A DNA stretch of 49,592 nucleotides from Trichosphaerium sp. ATCC 40318. Taxonomy: Eukaryota; Protista; Tubulinea. The position numbers were made by a program, and so were the translations under genes. The stretch covers positions 1 through 49,592 of the forward strand of contig JALMLS010000269.1 in NCBI GenBank assembly GCA_038496445.1, given 5' to 3'. Every line of letters starts with the position of its first letter. Within the stretch, counting starts at the first letter, position 1. This document shows, in pieces, positions 29,581-41,429 of this stretch. Under the pieces are notes generated by a model that had not been told where the DNA came from, ran no database searches, and saw nothing but the letters and a program-made list of their open reading frames with translations.

Positions 29581-31320
29581 AGACATTCAGCGTGGAACCA
29601 TATATCACAGAGCTATATATGTACGGAACTGTACTATATGAGAGTGAAAGGCACACATAGCATTGTGAAAAGACTAAAGTTGCCGCCAACGCAATATTTG
29701 CTTGTGTACAATTTCAGTACACACAGGGAAATGTATGTCACTAATTTTAATGACATTGATATTCTCAATGGGGTCTTATATTGAACACTCTAGGTCACTT
29801 GCCTATTCTCCAACCATATCACATTATTTTGTATATTCTCAGGTGGTGTGTGATCAATTCATGGACACTGCTAAAAGAGAAAAATGTGGACGCTGTGAAT
29901 TTTATCATGTCCTGGCCTATCAAATGCTTCAATATGAGATATTGCTGTTTGTATACAATATTGAGCATGATTTCCATACCTGTAAAAAAGAAACAAACAA
30001 TTAAAAGTTGACTGTTGTGTGTATGGGTGCGTTGAAAAAAGTTGAAATTCAAATGAACCGGGAGTTTTTTTCTTATGAACCCGCCAAAAGACTCAAACAC
30101 CCCATGTTGTATGCTGAGATGAATTGATTTTGTGCTCGCACAGTTTTTTTCTCCACTTCTTTGCTCCCAAATCCACTATGTTCCTATGAATTTCATGACA
30201 CGATGTATTGTAGTTCGGATTGGTTGTTTGGAATTGTGCAACAAGTTGTTTTTTCTTCTGTATGGTAAAACACGTGATTCCAAATGTTTTTTTTTATTAA
30301 CCATTTAGATAGACTTGTTTTGTAGGTGAGCACACTGTTAGATTGAATGCGCTCAAAATAACCCAAGTTAGGGCTTGATATTCGTAAACACTCTGGTAGC
30401 GATATTTTTGCGTCTAGGAGAACCTTACAGCTGTTTTCAGTCATGTAGTTCAATTTTTCTCGTAGATTGGTCAAATGTTTCTGTTTATTGTCTAGTTTAC
30501 GTTTTTTAGTTGCTGCACGTGTTGAAGTACGGTTTGTACACGCCACCACAGGTAGGTACTTGAAAATATAACGAAGCAAGTATATGGTGGTTTTACAAAA
30601 ATCACGTGCGTGTAATAAAATAAAAACGCTTCGTAACAATTCCTCTGACCAGTAAACCGTGTTATGCAGCCCTTTCTGCCGTAAATGCGTTAGTCTTGTT
30701 TACAAACTTGTTGCCACCTCCACTGCGAGTTGCTCATTGTACAATAGCGAATACGTGACATCTAAAAATCAGCAGGTGAAACCAGCACAGATAGAAAAAC
30801 AAAAATAAAGAGAATAAAATCTACGCCACTGGAATAAACAACATGTTTTTACAACCGAAAAGATACGACAGCACAACATTCTTGTATTTTGGCGTCTGGT
30901 TCTCGTTATTATTTCTGGTTACAATAACGACATTATGATAATACCCTTTGTGCTTGCCTATCGGGGTAAAAAATAGCCCGCAAAAGGATATTCGCCACTT
31001 ACGAGCAACAAAGTTGAGCGAGGGTATTCGCACTATTTGGTGAAATATTTGAAAAACCTGTGTTTCGATGAAGGTACATGGCCTGTTTTGTCTCCAGGTT
31101 GTAACTCCGTTTACTTAAATAAACAGATTGAAGGTCTCCAAGTGGTTAAAAAAACTATTGTACAGGCAATCACGTTCTTGTGCGAATCAGTTAATTTCAA
31201 AAAAACCACAAAACCAGAACCGTAACGCAAATTACAATAACACTTCACTGAAAAATCTCATGTGTCAAGTAACACCAACTTAATACTGCTTTGTGATAAC
31301 CTCAAGAGTGACAACACGTC

Positions 31321-34300
31321 ATGGCAGAATCACAGAGTGACAAATACCAACGTTTAGATAAGGAAGAACCAACCAACATCCATCTCCCCATAATTGAAAT
31401 TGTGTTTTCTTTTGCAGGTTTGTAATGCTTGCTAAGCAAATAGTTGACAAAGTTTAGCACGAAATGGATACAATGAAGTTGTATCAATCTTACTCAAAGC
31501 CAACGCCAATGTTGATGCTGTTGATAACTATGGAAACACAGCTTTAATATGTGCAGGTAACATGATATGATGAGATACAACATGTACATATCTCATTCTA
31601 CTATTTAGCACAAAAAGGATACAATGAAGTTGTATCAATCTTACTCAAAGCCAACGCCAATGTTGATGCTGTTGATAACTATGGAAAGACAGCTTTAATA
31701 TGTGCAGGTAACATGATATGATGAGATACAACATGTACATATCTCATTCTACTATTTAGCACTAAATGGACACAATAAGGTTGTATCAATCTTACTCAAA
31801 GACAATGCCAATATTGATGCTGTTGATAAATATGGATGCACATCTTTAATATGGGCAGGTAACATGATATGATGAGATACAACATGTACATATCTCATTC
31901 TACTATTTAGCACAATATGGACACAATGAAGTTGTATCAATCTTACTCAAAGCCAACGCCAATGTTGATGCTGTTGATAACTATGGAAACACAGCTTTAA
32001 TATGTGCAGGTAACATGATATGATGAGATACAACATGTACATACCTCATTCTACTATTTAGCACAAAATGGACACAATGAAGTTGTATCAATCTTACTCA
32101 ACGCCAACGCCAATGTTGATGCTGTTGATAAACATGGAAAGACAGCTTTAATATATGCAGGTAACATGATATGATGAGATACAACGTGTACATATCTCAT
32201 TCTACTATTTAGCACGAAAAGGATACAATGAAGTTGTATCAATCTTACTCAAAGCCAACGCCAATGTTGATGCTGTTGATGAAAATGGATATACAGCTTT
32301 AATATGTGCAGGTAACATGATATGATGAGATACAACATGTACATATCTCATTCTACTATTTAGCACGAAATGGACACAATGAAGTTGTATCAATCTTACG
32401 CAAAGCCAACGCCAATGTTGATGCTGTTGATAACTATGGAAAGACAGCTTTAATTAATGCAGGTAACATGATATGATGAGATACAACATGTACATATCTC
32501 ATTCTACTATTTAGCACTAAATGGACACAATAAGGTTGTATCAATCTTACTCAAAGACAATGCCAATATTGATGCTGTTGATAAATATGGATGCACATCT
32601 TTAATATGGGCAGGTAACATGATATGATGAGATACAACATGTACATATCTCATTCTACTATTTAGCACGAAATGGACACAATGAAGTTGTATCAATCTTA
32701 CTCAAAGCCAACGCCAATGTTGATGCTGTTGATAAATATGGAAAGACAGCTTTAATATGTGCAGGTAACATGATATGATGAGATACAACATGTACATACC
32801 TCATTCTACTATTTAGCACAAAATGGACACAATGAAGTTGTATCAATCTTACTCAAAGCCAACGCCAATGTTGATGCTGTTGATAAATATGGAAACACAG
32901 CTTTAATATGTGCAGGTAACATGATATGATGAGATACAACATGTACATATCTCATTCTACTATTTAGCACAAAAAGGATACAATGAAGTTGTATCAATCT
33001 TACTCAAAGCCAACGCCAATGTTGATGCTGTTGATGAAAATGGATATACAGCTTTAATATGTGCAGGTAACATGATATGATGAGATACAACATGTACATA
33101 TCTCATTCTACTATTTAGCACAAAAAGGATACAATGAAGTTGTATCAATCTTACTCAAAGCCAACGCCAATGTTGATGCTGTTGATGAAAATAGATATAC
33201 ATCTTTAATATGTGCAGGTAACATGATATGATGAGATACAACATGTACATACCTCATTCTACTATTTAGCACGAAAAGGAAACAATGAAGTTGTATCAAT
33301 CTTACTCAACGCCAACGCCAATGTTGATGCTGTTGATAAATATGGAAACACAGCTTTAATATGGGCAGGTAACATGATATGATGAGATACAACGTGTACA
33401 TATCTCATTCTACTATTTAGCACAAGAAGGACACAATGAAGTTGTATCAATCTTACTTAATGCCAACGCCAAAATTGATATTGTTGATGAAGATGGAAAT
33501 ACAGCTTTAATATATGCAGGTAACATGATATGATGAGATACAACATGTACATATCTCATTCTACTATGTAGCACAAAATGGATACAATGAAGTTGTATCA
33601 ATCTTACTCAAAGCCAACGCCAATGTTGATGATGTTGATGAATATGGAAATACAGCTTTAATGTGTGCAGGTAACATGATATGATGAGATACAACATGTA
33701 CATATCTCATTCTACTATTTAGCAATAAATGGACACAATGAAGTTGTATCAATCTTACTCAAAGCCAACGCCAATGTTGATGCTGTTGATAAAAATAGAA
33801 AGACAGCTTTAATATGTGCAGGTAACATGATATGATGAGATACAACATGTACATATCTCATTCTACTATTTAGCACGAAATGGACACAATGAAGTTGTAT
33901 CAATCTTACTCAAAGCCAACGCCAATGTTGATGCTGTTGATAAATATGGAAACACAGCTTTAATATGTGCAGGTAACATGATATGATGAGATACAACATG
34001 TACATATCTCATTCTACTATTTAGCACGAAAAGGAAACAATGAAGTTGTATCAATCTTACTCAACGCCAACGCCAATGTTGATGCTGTTGATAAAGATGG
34101 AAAGACAGCTTTAATTAATGCAGGTAACATGATATGATGAGATACAACATGTACATATCTCATTCTACTATTTAGCAATAAATGGACACAATGAAGTTGT
34201 ATCAATCTTATTCAAAGCCAACGCCAATGTTGATGCTGTTGATGAACATGGAAATACAGCTTTGATTTATGCAGGTAATATCGCAAATGAGATAAAAACT

Positions 34301-36808
34301 ATGTTTATTTACTATCATTTGAGATTTTGACTATATGTCAATGTTAATGTTGAAATTAATCAAACCTAATGCAAATAATATTGATACTATTGATGAAAGT
34401 GAAACCAACAAGAATTCAGGTATTACATTACAAAAAATTTGGTGAAATAATAGCTAACACTGTAAGTAGTAGTAACTCCATGCCAAAGAAAGTGGCAAGA
34501 CTTTATGTTCATTTTAATTAGAGAAGTGGTATCAAATACACCCTCAGCTGTTGAAAAATTCGTAACTTTCTTAAAATACTGTCCAAGTGGTAAACAATGC
34601 CATCCACTGTGGAGATACTGTAAAAAGCACTATTCGCAAAATGTCGACATAGAGGGGAGAAAACAGTTTGAAGAATGGCTTCACCGTTTGGTACACTTTG
34701 CTGAATACCAATACCTTAAACTAACCATTACAACGTTTAGCCAACGCGGTATTATTTCAAACTGGCAATGGAAAAAGGTATTTGTCATTTAATTTGTTCC
34801 GCATGCGATCCCAAAGTTGTACTGTCTCCGGTACGATATCTTCACTGCTAGCATCTACACTACAAACAACATTCTTTTTCTACAGGAATTCTGGAAACAA
34901 GATGGGCAATCAATGCAAGGTATTCTGCATGATATGCCCAATGATGCCTGGGTCAATAACAGTCAAGATGAATCCTTAAAAGAAGAGTGTACTGAAGGTA
35001 AGAAGCGTGGTGATATAATACTAAAAAAAGTTTTCAAAAGGATTAAAAGGTGAAAACGCGTGGAGCCTGAATCCGCGATTGTATTTTGCAAATAATTGGG
35101 ATAGATCTAACACGTGCGTTCAATTACTTTTTATTAGTTCTAATATTACAACAAGAGGCATTGTTGCAAAGGCGACACACTACAAAACACTGAATCTGCT
35201 TGATGACAACGACAAAGTGGCAGTCAGAGAATTCAACATCCTCAAACAGGAGATGTCAAAACTACATGGCTGTGACAATTACGAAATCATTGAAGCGACT
35301 CTCGTTTGTAATGACATCTTGACAGAAAACTTTGGTCGAATCAACGAAATACTGACGCACAGACATCAGTACGGTTGCTCCACACTTCATAGGCATTTCC
35401 GTGATTCTAAACATGCATCTATTAGAGAACTGCCCAAGTTGTTTAAAAAACAAAATTGGCAAACTGATAGTACCTACAAGGAATACAAAGAGACTGTGTA
35501 CCAAAAGTGCAACGCCCTCACTGATTTTAATGATTGTTATACTGAAAAAAAAGATAAGGTAATGTTCTTGGTACTCTTGCACTACAAACATTTTATTTAG
35601 TTACCAGTGATATTGATGGTCCATGGAACAACCGAAGAAGCAGCTAAGAGTATTGCAAAGGCTGGTTTTGGAACTGTGAGTTCTTTAGACGCTGGTTACT
35701 ATGGTCAAGGGATATACTTCACTGTACGTTATTACCCAATTATTGCAGGTGGTCAATATTCATTTTCGCCAATAGAGAAGCATAAAGTATGCCGCTTCAT
35801 ATGATTTATCAGGAAGAACTGCAAAAACACTGGTTTTAAGTCTTGTTACTCCTGGGAACGTTTATCCGGTAAGCAAACAATAATATTGATGTGGATATTC
35901 TTTACTTACTTGATGATAAAAAGCATGATCCCCTTGTATGTAAAAAAACTGATGAGGGTACCAAAACCATGAATGAAAGCTTGCACGGAAGGCCAATAAA
36001 ACCAGGCTACCAAAGTCATTATGCATTGGTAGACCACGCTGGTAAACTTCTGCCAGCAGATAAACTTAAAGATGCAGTATACGATGAGCTGGTAGTGGCA
36101 CAAGGTACAGCAATACAATTGAAAAATGTGATTAAATTCTCAAGCACTATTTTAGATACTCAAGCTGTTGCTCGGTACATCATCAAAGTTACAAACAAAC
36201 ATAAAAAAAAACGTAAAACTTCAAAAACCAAGAAAGGTAATAAAAAGACAAAGAAAGAGAAAGATCAAGCTTCAGAAGTAGATACTGATGGCTCAGCTGG
36301 CGAGCTATCTGATGATGAACTATCTGATTCTGACGACACTTTTATTTCTAACCGGTATAATTTTATAGTATCTTTTAAACTTAAGTTTTGTACTAGAAAA
36401 CTGTGGGCTGCCCATGATGATTCAACTGATGATGAACAACCAAGTTATAATTATGCCAATCTCAAACTAGAATTACAAGAAGCAAACAGCGAGGTAGAGA
36501 AACTGAAGAAGAGCCTGGCTGAACTTCATCGGAATTCACAGAAAATGAATGCAAACAAAGAACAGCACATTACTGAATTGACTGAAAGAATCAAAGACCT
36601 CACAGGAAGCAATAACACCCTAAAGCTAGACAATATCAACCTCACAAGAAGCAACAACACCCTAAATCTAGACAATATCAACCTCAAAGAAAGCGTCAAC
36701 AACCTCTCCGAAGGTGTCCAAGATCTAATGCGAGACAACACTAGCCTAAAGGAGAAGAATGCTATTCAACTGGCAAAAATAGCTCTCTTTGAAAGTACAG
36801 CAAAGTAA
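31321..36808 (+). CDS. Ankyrin-repeat (19 one-exon repeats) - helical region - PARP-like ADP-ribosyltransferase - basic/acidic tract - coiled coil
   Basis: Exon 1 31321-31417; 19 phase-1 exons of 99 nt from 31458 to 34274, all open; ART motifs VHGT, AGYYGQGIYFT..KYAASY, SLVTPGNVYP, GYQSHY, YDELVV (H-Y-E); C-terminal heptads. Confidence 0.88.
31458..34274 (+). repeat. 151-bp exon+intron tandem array (19 exons, 18 introns)
   Basis: Exon starts at 31458+151n through 34176; intron gtaacatgatatgatgagatacaacatgtacatatctcattctactatttag nearly invariant. Confidence 0.98.
36597..36686 (+). repeat. 42-bp coding tandem duplication (two heptads) in coiled coil
   Basis: LTGSNNTLKLDNIN / LTRSNNTLNLDNIN. 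Confidence 0.85.
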
Positions 36809-37110
36809 TTCTAATGCATCTGTTGTAAACAAGCAACATTTATCAATAAACAACCACAGTTTAGTTTTCCTCACAAATTGTACTTTGTTTCAAATCCAAC
36901 ATGTATGTGCACATTTAAAAGTACCAAAATATTTTTTTAACTCAAGTTTTATGAAACAAGAAACACACTCAAGTTCAGTTCTGATTTCCACAACAGATCT
37001 ACATGTCAATGCACGCATTTTGTATTTGAAACTGACAAAAGATGTGTAAACATTCCTCATTGTTGGCTCAAAAAAAACCAGAAAGAAGACCTCAAAAAAC
37101 GCACGTGTGT

Positions 37111-37566
37111 TTATGAAAACCAGAGTGGAAAAATTATTTTTATCGTCGGATTCTATGCACTGATACATGTTGCATTAGTGTGCAAAGAATCAGCATCAAA
37201 ATCGGTCTGGTAAGCCAAAAATTTTCACTTTTTTGTCAATTTTTTGCTTCAAAAACGGAGGACGTTTACATTTCAAAAAAATTGCAAATACGCGTATTGA
37301 CATGTTGGTGTACTATGTAAAAAATCAGAGCTGAACTTGACCGTGGTTGACATAAATGTTACTTTTCTTATTTTTTTCTGGAAATTTTTTCGTTGATCAA
37401 ACGCAAGGTAAAAGTTCTTCGTTTTTGAAGCAAAAAATTGACAAAAAAGTGAAAATTTTTGGCTTACCAGACCGATTTTGATGCTGATTCTTTGCACACT
37501 AATGCAACATGTATCAGTGCATAGAATCCGACAATAAAAATATTTGCTCCACTCTGGTTTTCATAA
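37111..37566. mobile_element. MITE/foldback element with ~147-bp terminal inverted repeats
   Basis: 37111-37257 is a near-perfect reverse complement of 37420-37566; flanked by a TGTGT direct repeat (37106-37110, 37567-37571). Confidence 0.85.
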
Positions 37567-37899
37567 TGTGTTTTTCTGTAATCAAAAAATCTACAATATA
37601 CTATTTCCTACTTATTAACACATGTTAGTTCCTCACCACTTGTACTTGGCTCAAAGAATTGTGAACAACTGGATTAAAACAGTAAAAAATTACTTTTGGT
37701 ACAAAGTACTTTACCAGATATACAAAATAAGTAGATGGTGTGAATTAGCGAGCACGCTTATATCAAAAGCCTGTCTATTCCTTGTACACTATCTCGTTAT
37801 TCACCTACTAATTTCGGTTTTGGCTAGCCAACCAATGGCAGATATAGTACATTCTTTCATTCTTTTTGGTTCTCTTTTTCTTATTTATGTACTGCATGT

Positions 37900-38750
37900 A
37901 CTTCTAAATACAGAGGCTAGTGATGGAGGGGATAACCCTTTGAAGAGTGATTGCGTTATATGGAAGTGTGAAAACGTCAAAGACTACGAACAACAAAGTG
38001 CATCTTTTTGAAACTACCTTCTGGAACACGTTCTTTTTTGCGAACCAGGTTTTTCGCCAGGTTGTCAACATCTTTGTATTGTACTACTAACGGTCTGTTA
38101 TACTAACTTCATAATGTAGCGTGATAGACCAGGTAGAACTCCTGAAGATCTCAGAGAAAGCTATCTTCAATCAATCTTGAAGCGGTTTCCAAACTATGTA
38201 TGTTCTATTTAGTAACACCATTCTTACTTTGTAATTTATAGCCATATGCAGTTCCAGAGAGGTTCTTTGTAATCTCAGCTTGGCTTGAAAATAGCACAAA
38301 ATACGATTTTCCAAGGTTGGAACTAGCTATCATTAATTACGCACCAGCTGTACGAAAAAAACTTGTGACAAAGTTTTAATAGAGCGATTTTATACGCAAT
38401 ACAAGGTTGCTCTCCAGAAGCTATTAACTTAAAAGCTAAACTATGTTATGACAGGCTACCAATATACGTGCTAATGTCTGGTTTGACTAGCGCAGGTTCT
38501 TCTGCTATACCTTTGACATCCTTTTTGACTATACCCGCCAGTGTAGCTGAAGACAGTGCATTCCAGATTATGTCTAAAATGGTGCTATCATTTCTACCCA
38601 TCATTGGACCTGTATTATCTGGATCAATGAGCGCCTCAATCACATACTTTGCGGGAAGCACATACATCACGCAATGTATTGAGCTTTGCAAATAGATGAG
38701 AAGATTGAGAATGCAAAGAGAAAAAATATGTAGAAAAGTTGCTTAAATAA
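37900..38750 (+). pseudogene. Probable immunity-related GTPase (IRG/IIGP)-like remnant
   Basis: FFVISAWLENSTKYDFPRLE..INYAPAVRK and hydrophobic C-terminus SAIPLTSFL..FLPIIGPVLSGSMSASITY resemble IRG C-terminal halves; frames disrupted; no intact P-loop seen. Confidence 0.35.
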
Positions 38751-39496
38751 ACTTCATTTTGTATTGTTATTATTTTCAGGTTCCGTGCCTTTAGTAGCAG
38801 GTTGTAACAGAAGATGGCTTATCATCGTACAACAACTATGTTAACAATGGAGGAATACTTAAGCGATTGTTCATTGCTGTTTACAAAGCGAGCGTGAATA
38901 GAAACGCATTGAGCGTTAAGATACTGGTTTATTTTTGTGTGCAGTACTCAAGATTGATAAAGCTAAGTTGACCGTCAATTGTTATTTCTTTCAGATTCAA
39001 TACCATTGACCCTAGTATTTTTAGGCCTCTTGATGTTGCAAACAAAAAGCCTTCGTCGAGTGTATAAGCATTTGATGATCACTCGCAACCGGGAGGGGGT
39101 AATAAAAGGATCTACGGCCAGGGATAGACATCAAACAGTCCGTTTCTCACCTACCTTTTACAAACCATGAAACTCCAAGGAGAAGTTGCAATGGTCGAAA
39201 AAGTTTGACCCGCCACGTGGAAATTATGTAGCAGTTCCGAAGTTTCTGTACTTTCGAAACTTTCTTGGTATAATTCTCAAAAGCACAGCTGTGTGTAAGT
39301 GCGGTGTTTGTACATATTACGTCTATAAACGATGCTTGTCTTTGCCAAATCATTGTCCTTCTAGTTCTGAAGATGTACCAGTCTTCGACTTTCCAAAGAC
39401 AAAGCAAACAGCAGGTATTGTGATGTTTTAACAAATGGAAAAAAACTGCTGTAGGCATAAAAACTGTGTTACTGTAACAAATCAGTAACAACACAA

Positions 39497-41280
39497 CACC
39501 AGAACCGTAATACAAATAACAATAACTTACCCGAAAAATATCACCTGTCAAGTGACACCAACTTAATACTGCTTTGTGATAACCTCAAGAGTGACAACAT
39601 GTCATGACAGACTCACAGAGTGACAAAAAAACCCAATATCTAAGTTAAGAACCAAACCCTCTCTATCGTTAGAATGTTCGTGTAATTGAACTTGTGATTG
39701 CTTTCGCAGGTTTGTATTGGTAGGTGCATAAATAGCTAACCAATCATAGCAACAAATGGCCATGCTGAATCTATAACAAAGTTAATCGAATCCAATGGCA
39801 ATATTGATGTGTTAATGGTAATCAAAGCCAGATCGGAGATAGACCACGCATAGACATCGCTTGTATATTCATACATGAGAATAAACATACTTGATTTTAA
39901 GGATGCAATCAGCGTCAAACTGAAATACATACCGGTTGATTCTAAAGCACCAGCACTCTGTAAAACAGTACTAACTATAGAATCAGAAAAAGAAAGTACA
40001 AGTGTACTATCACCCACGTTCAAAATACTCTCCAAGGCTGTGAGGACATCACGAATAAAGGCAAACTTGTAAATTGGTTCGATATACTTATATGCATCAG
40101 CCAATACACGATCAAAACCCCGTAACATATCACACAATCCACAAAGCACACGAATGATACCACTTTTTACAAACATGCTAAAACTACAATTCAGTAAGCA
40201 CCTTTGTAGATGTTAAGCTAATACGTACTCCACTGTACATGCTACACCTTGGGCCATATAGCTAACAACTTTAACTAGTTTAACTCTAGTAACTTCATCA
40301 CCTAACGCCCAATTAAGTTACTAAACCTTAGGTAAGAAACGCACGTCTTTGAAATAGTGCGATTATACTGTTAACAGACTTGAATAAACTGTGGCTACAA
40401 ATAGTATTAGTAAGGTAAGATTAAAATTGGTCTTCATACAAGACATTCTCCTCGCATTTGTACCAATAGAATAATAAGGTCACAACTGCTTAGTTGGATA
40501 TCTTCACAAAAAAGCTATCCAACATTGATGCTTTTAATGTAGCTGGAGATACAGGTTTGATACGTGCAGGTATTGAGCAATACAAGTCGCTCACACTATT
40601 ATTTAGCACGATATGGACAAAATTGTATCATTTCTAATCGATCTGTTGATAAACATGGAAATACAGGTTTAATTTGTGCAGGTAACAGATAGATGAGATA
40701 AACATGTACATATCTCATTCTACTATTTAGCACAAGAAGGACACAATGAAGGTGTATCAATGCTAATTAATGCCAACGCCAATATTTATACTGTTGATAA
40801 ATCAAAGTGGAAACACACCTTTGGTTAATGCAGGTAATATCACCGTATCACATTAGATATTGAGTCATCAATTTGACGGTCTCTAGTTGTATTAGATCAA
40901 TAACCTAGCATTTTTCGGATTTAACAAAGTTGTATCAACGCTAAACTAAATGTTGATGCACATGGAAACACAGCTTTGCTTAATGCCGGTAGTATCATAC
41001 ATTAAATACAACATGAGAGCTCACACTACTATTTTTTTTTTAGTATTAAACGGTGACAACCAAATTGAAATTGTATCCATGTTAATCCATGTCAATGCCA
41101 ATATTGAGGCTGTGAATGTATGTGGAAAAACAGATTTGATTTGGACAGGTAATATCACAACAAGGTAAAATACATGTTATTCACGTTACTATTTAGCACA
41201 AATGGGATTCAATAAAATCGATCAATTTTAGTCAAAGCCAATGCCGATATTGACGCTGTTGATAAAGCTGGAAACACAGA
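39497..41280 (+). pseudogene. Decayed paralog of the ankyrin gene 5' region
   Basis: 39497-39800 aligns with 31212-31520 (shared caccaacttaatactgctttgtgataacctcaagagtgacaaca, exon 1, intron 1); degenerate ankyrin exons 40520-41280 with indels and stops; intron 40682-40730 matches the array intron. Confidence 0.85.
39815..40515 (-). pseudogene. Intron-containing fragment of an ARM-repeat paralog of the 21763-27123 gene
   Basis: DIQLSSCDLIILL, DEVTRVKLVKV and FIRDVLTALESILNVGD match DVRLRSCDVVIVL, DEVTRAKLVKV and FIRDTLTALENILNIGE, with introns at matching positions. Confidence 0.85.
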
Positions 41281-41429
41281 GCACAGGACCTTCACATTTT
41301 TAACTGTCTAGACGGAACTTACAAGAACTAGCGAAAGTGACAAGATCTGGCACTGCTTATTTTTGTTTAATTAATAGCACGACCCAATTTTTTGAATTAA
41401 AAGAATCTGTGGCAATAAAACGGGAGATT

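Noticed and set aside
31302-34205. Tandem 62-aa minus-strand ORFs (MIQLHC...)
   Set aside because: Antisense shadows of the ankyrin exon-intron units, with non-ATG starts
31458-34274. CRISPR-like repeat-spacer array
   Set aside because: The 'spacers' are homologous ankyrin exons and the 'repeats' are GT-AG introns; eukaryotic context, no cas genes
31458-34274. DGR-like adenine-directed mutagenesis (many variant codons derivable from AAY/AAA)
   Set aside because: Numerous scaffold and intron adenines are invariant, some changes are not at A, and no reverse transcriptase or template repeat is visible; selection plus recombination suffices
31321-36808. Tankyrase ortholog
   Set aside because: No SAM domain seen, repeats near-identical rather than tankyrase-like clusters, ART domain divergent
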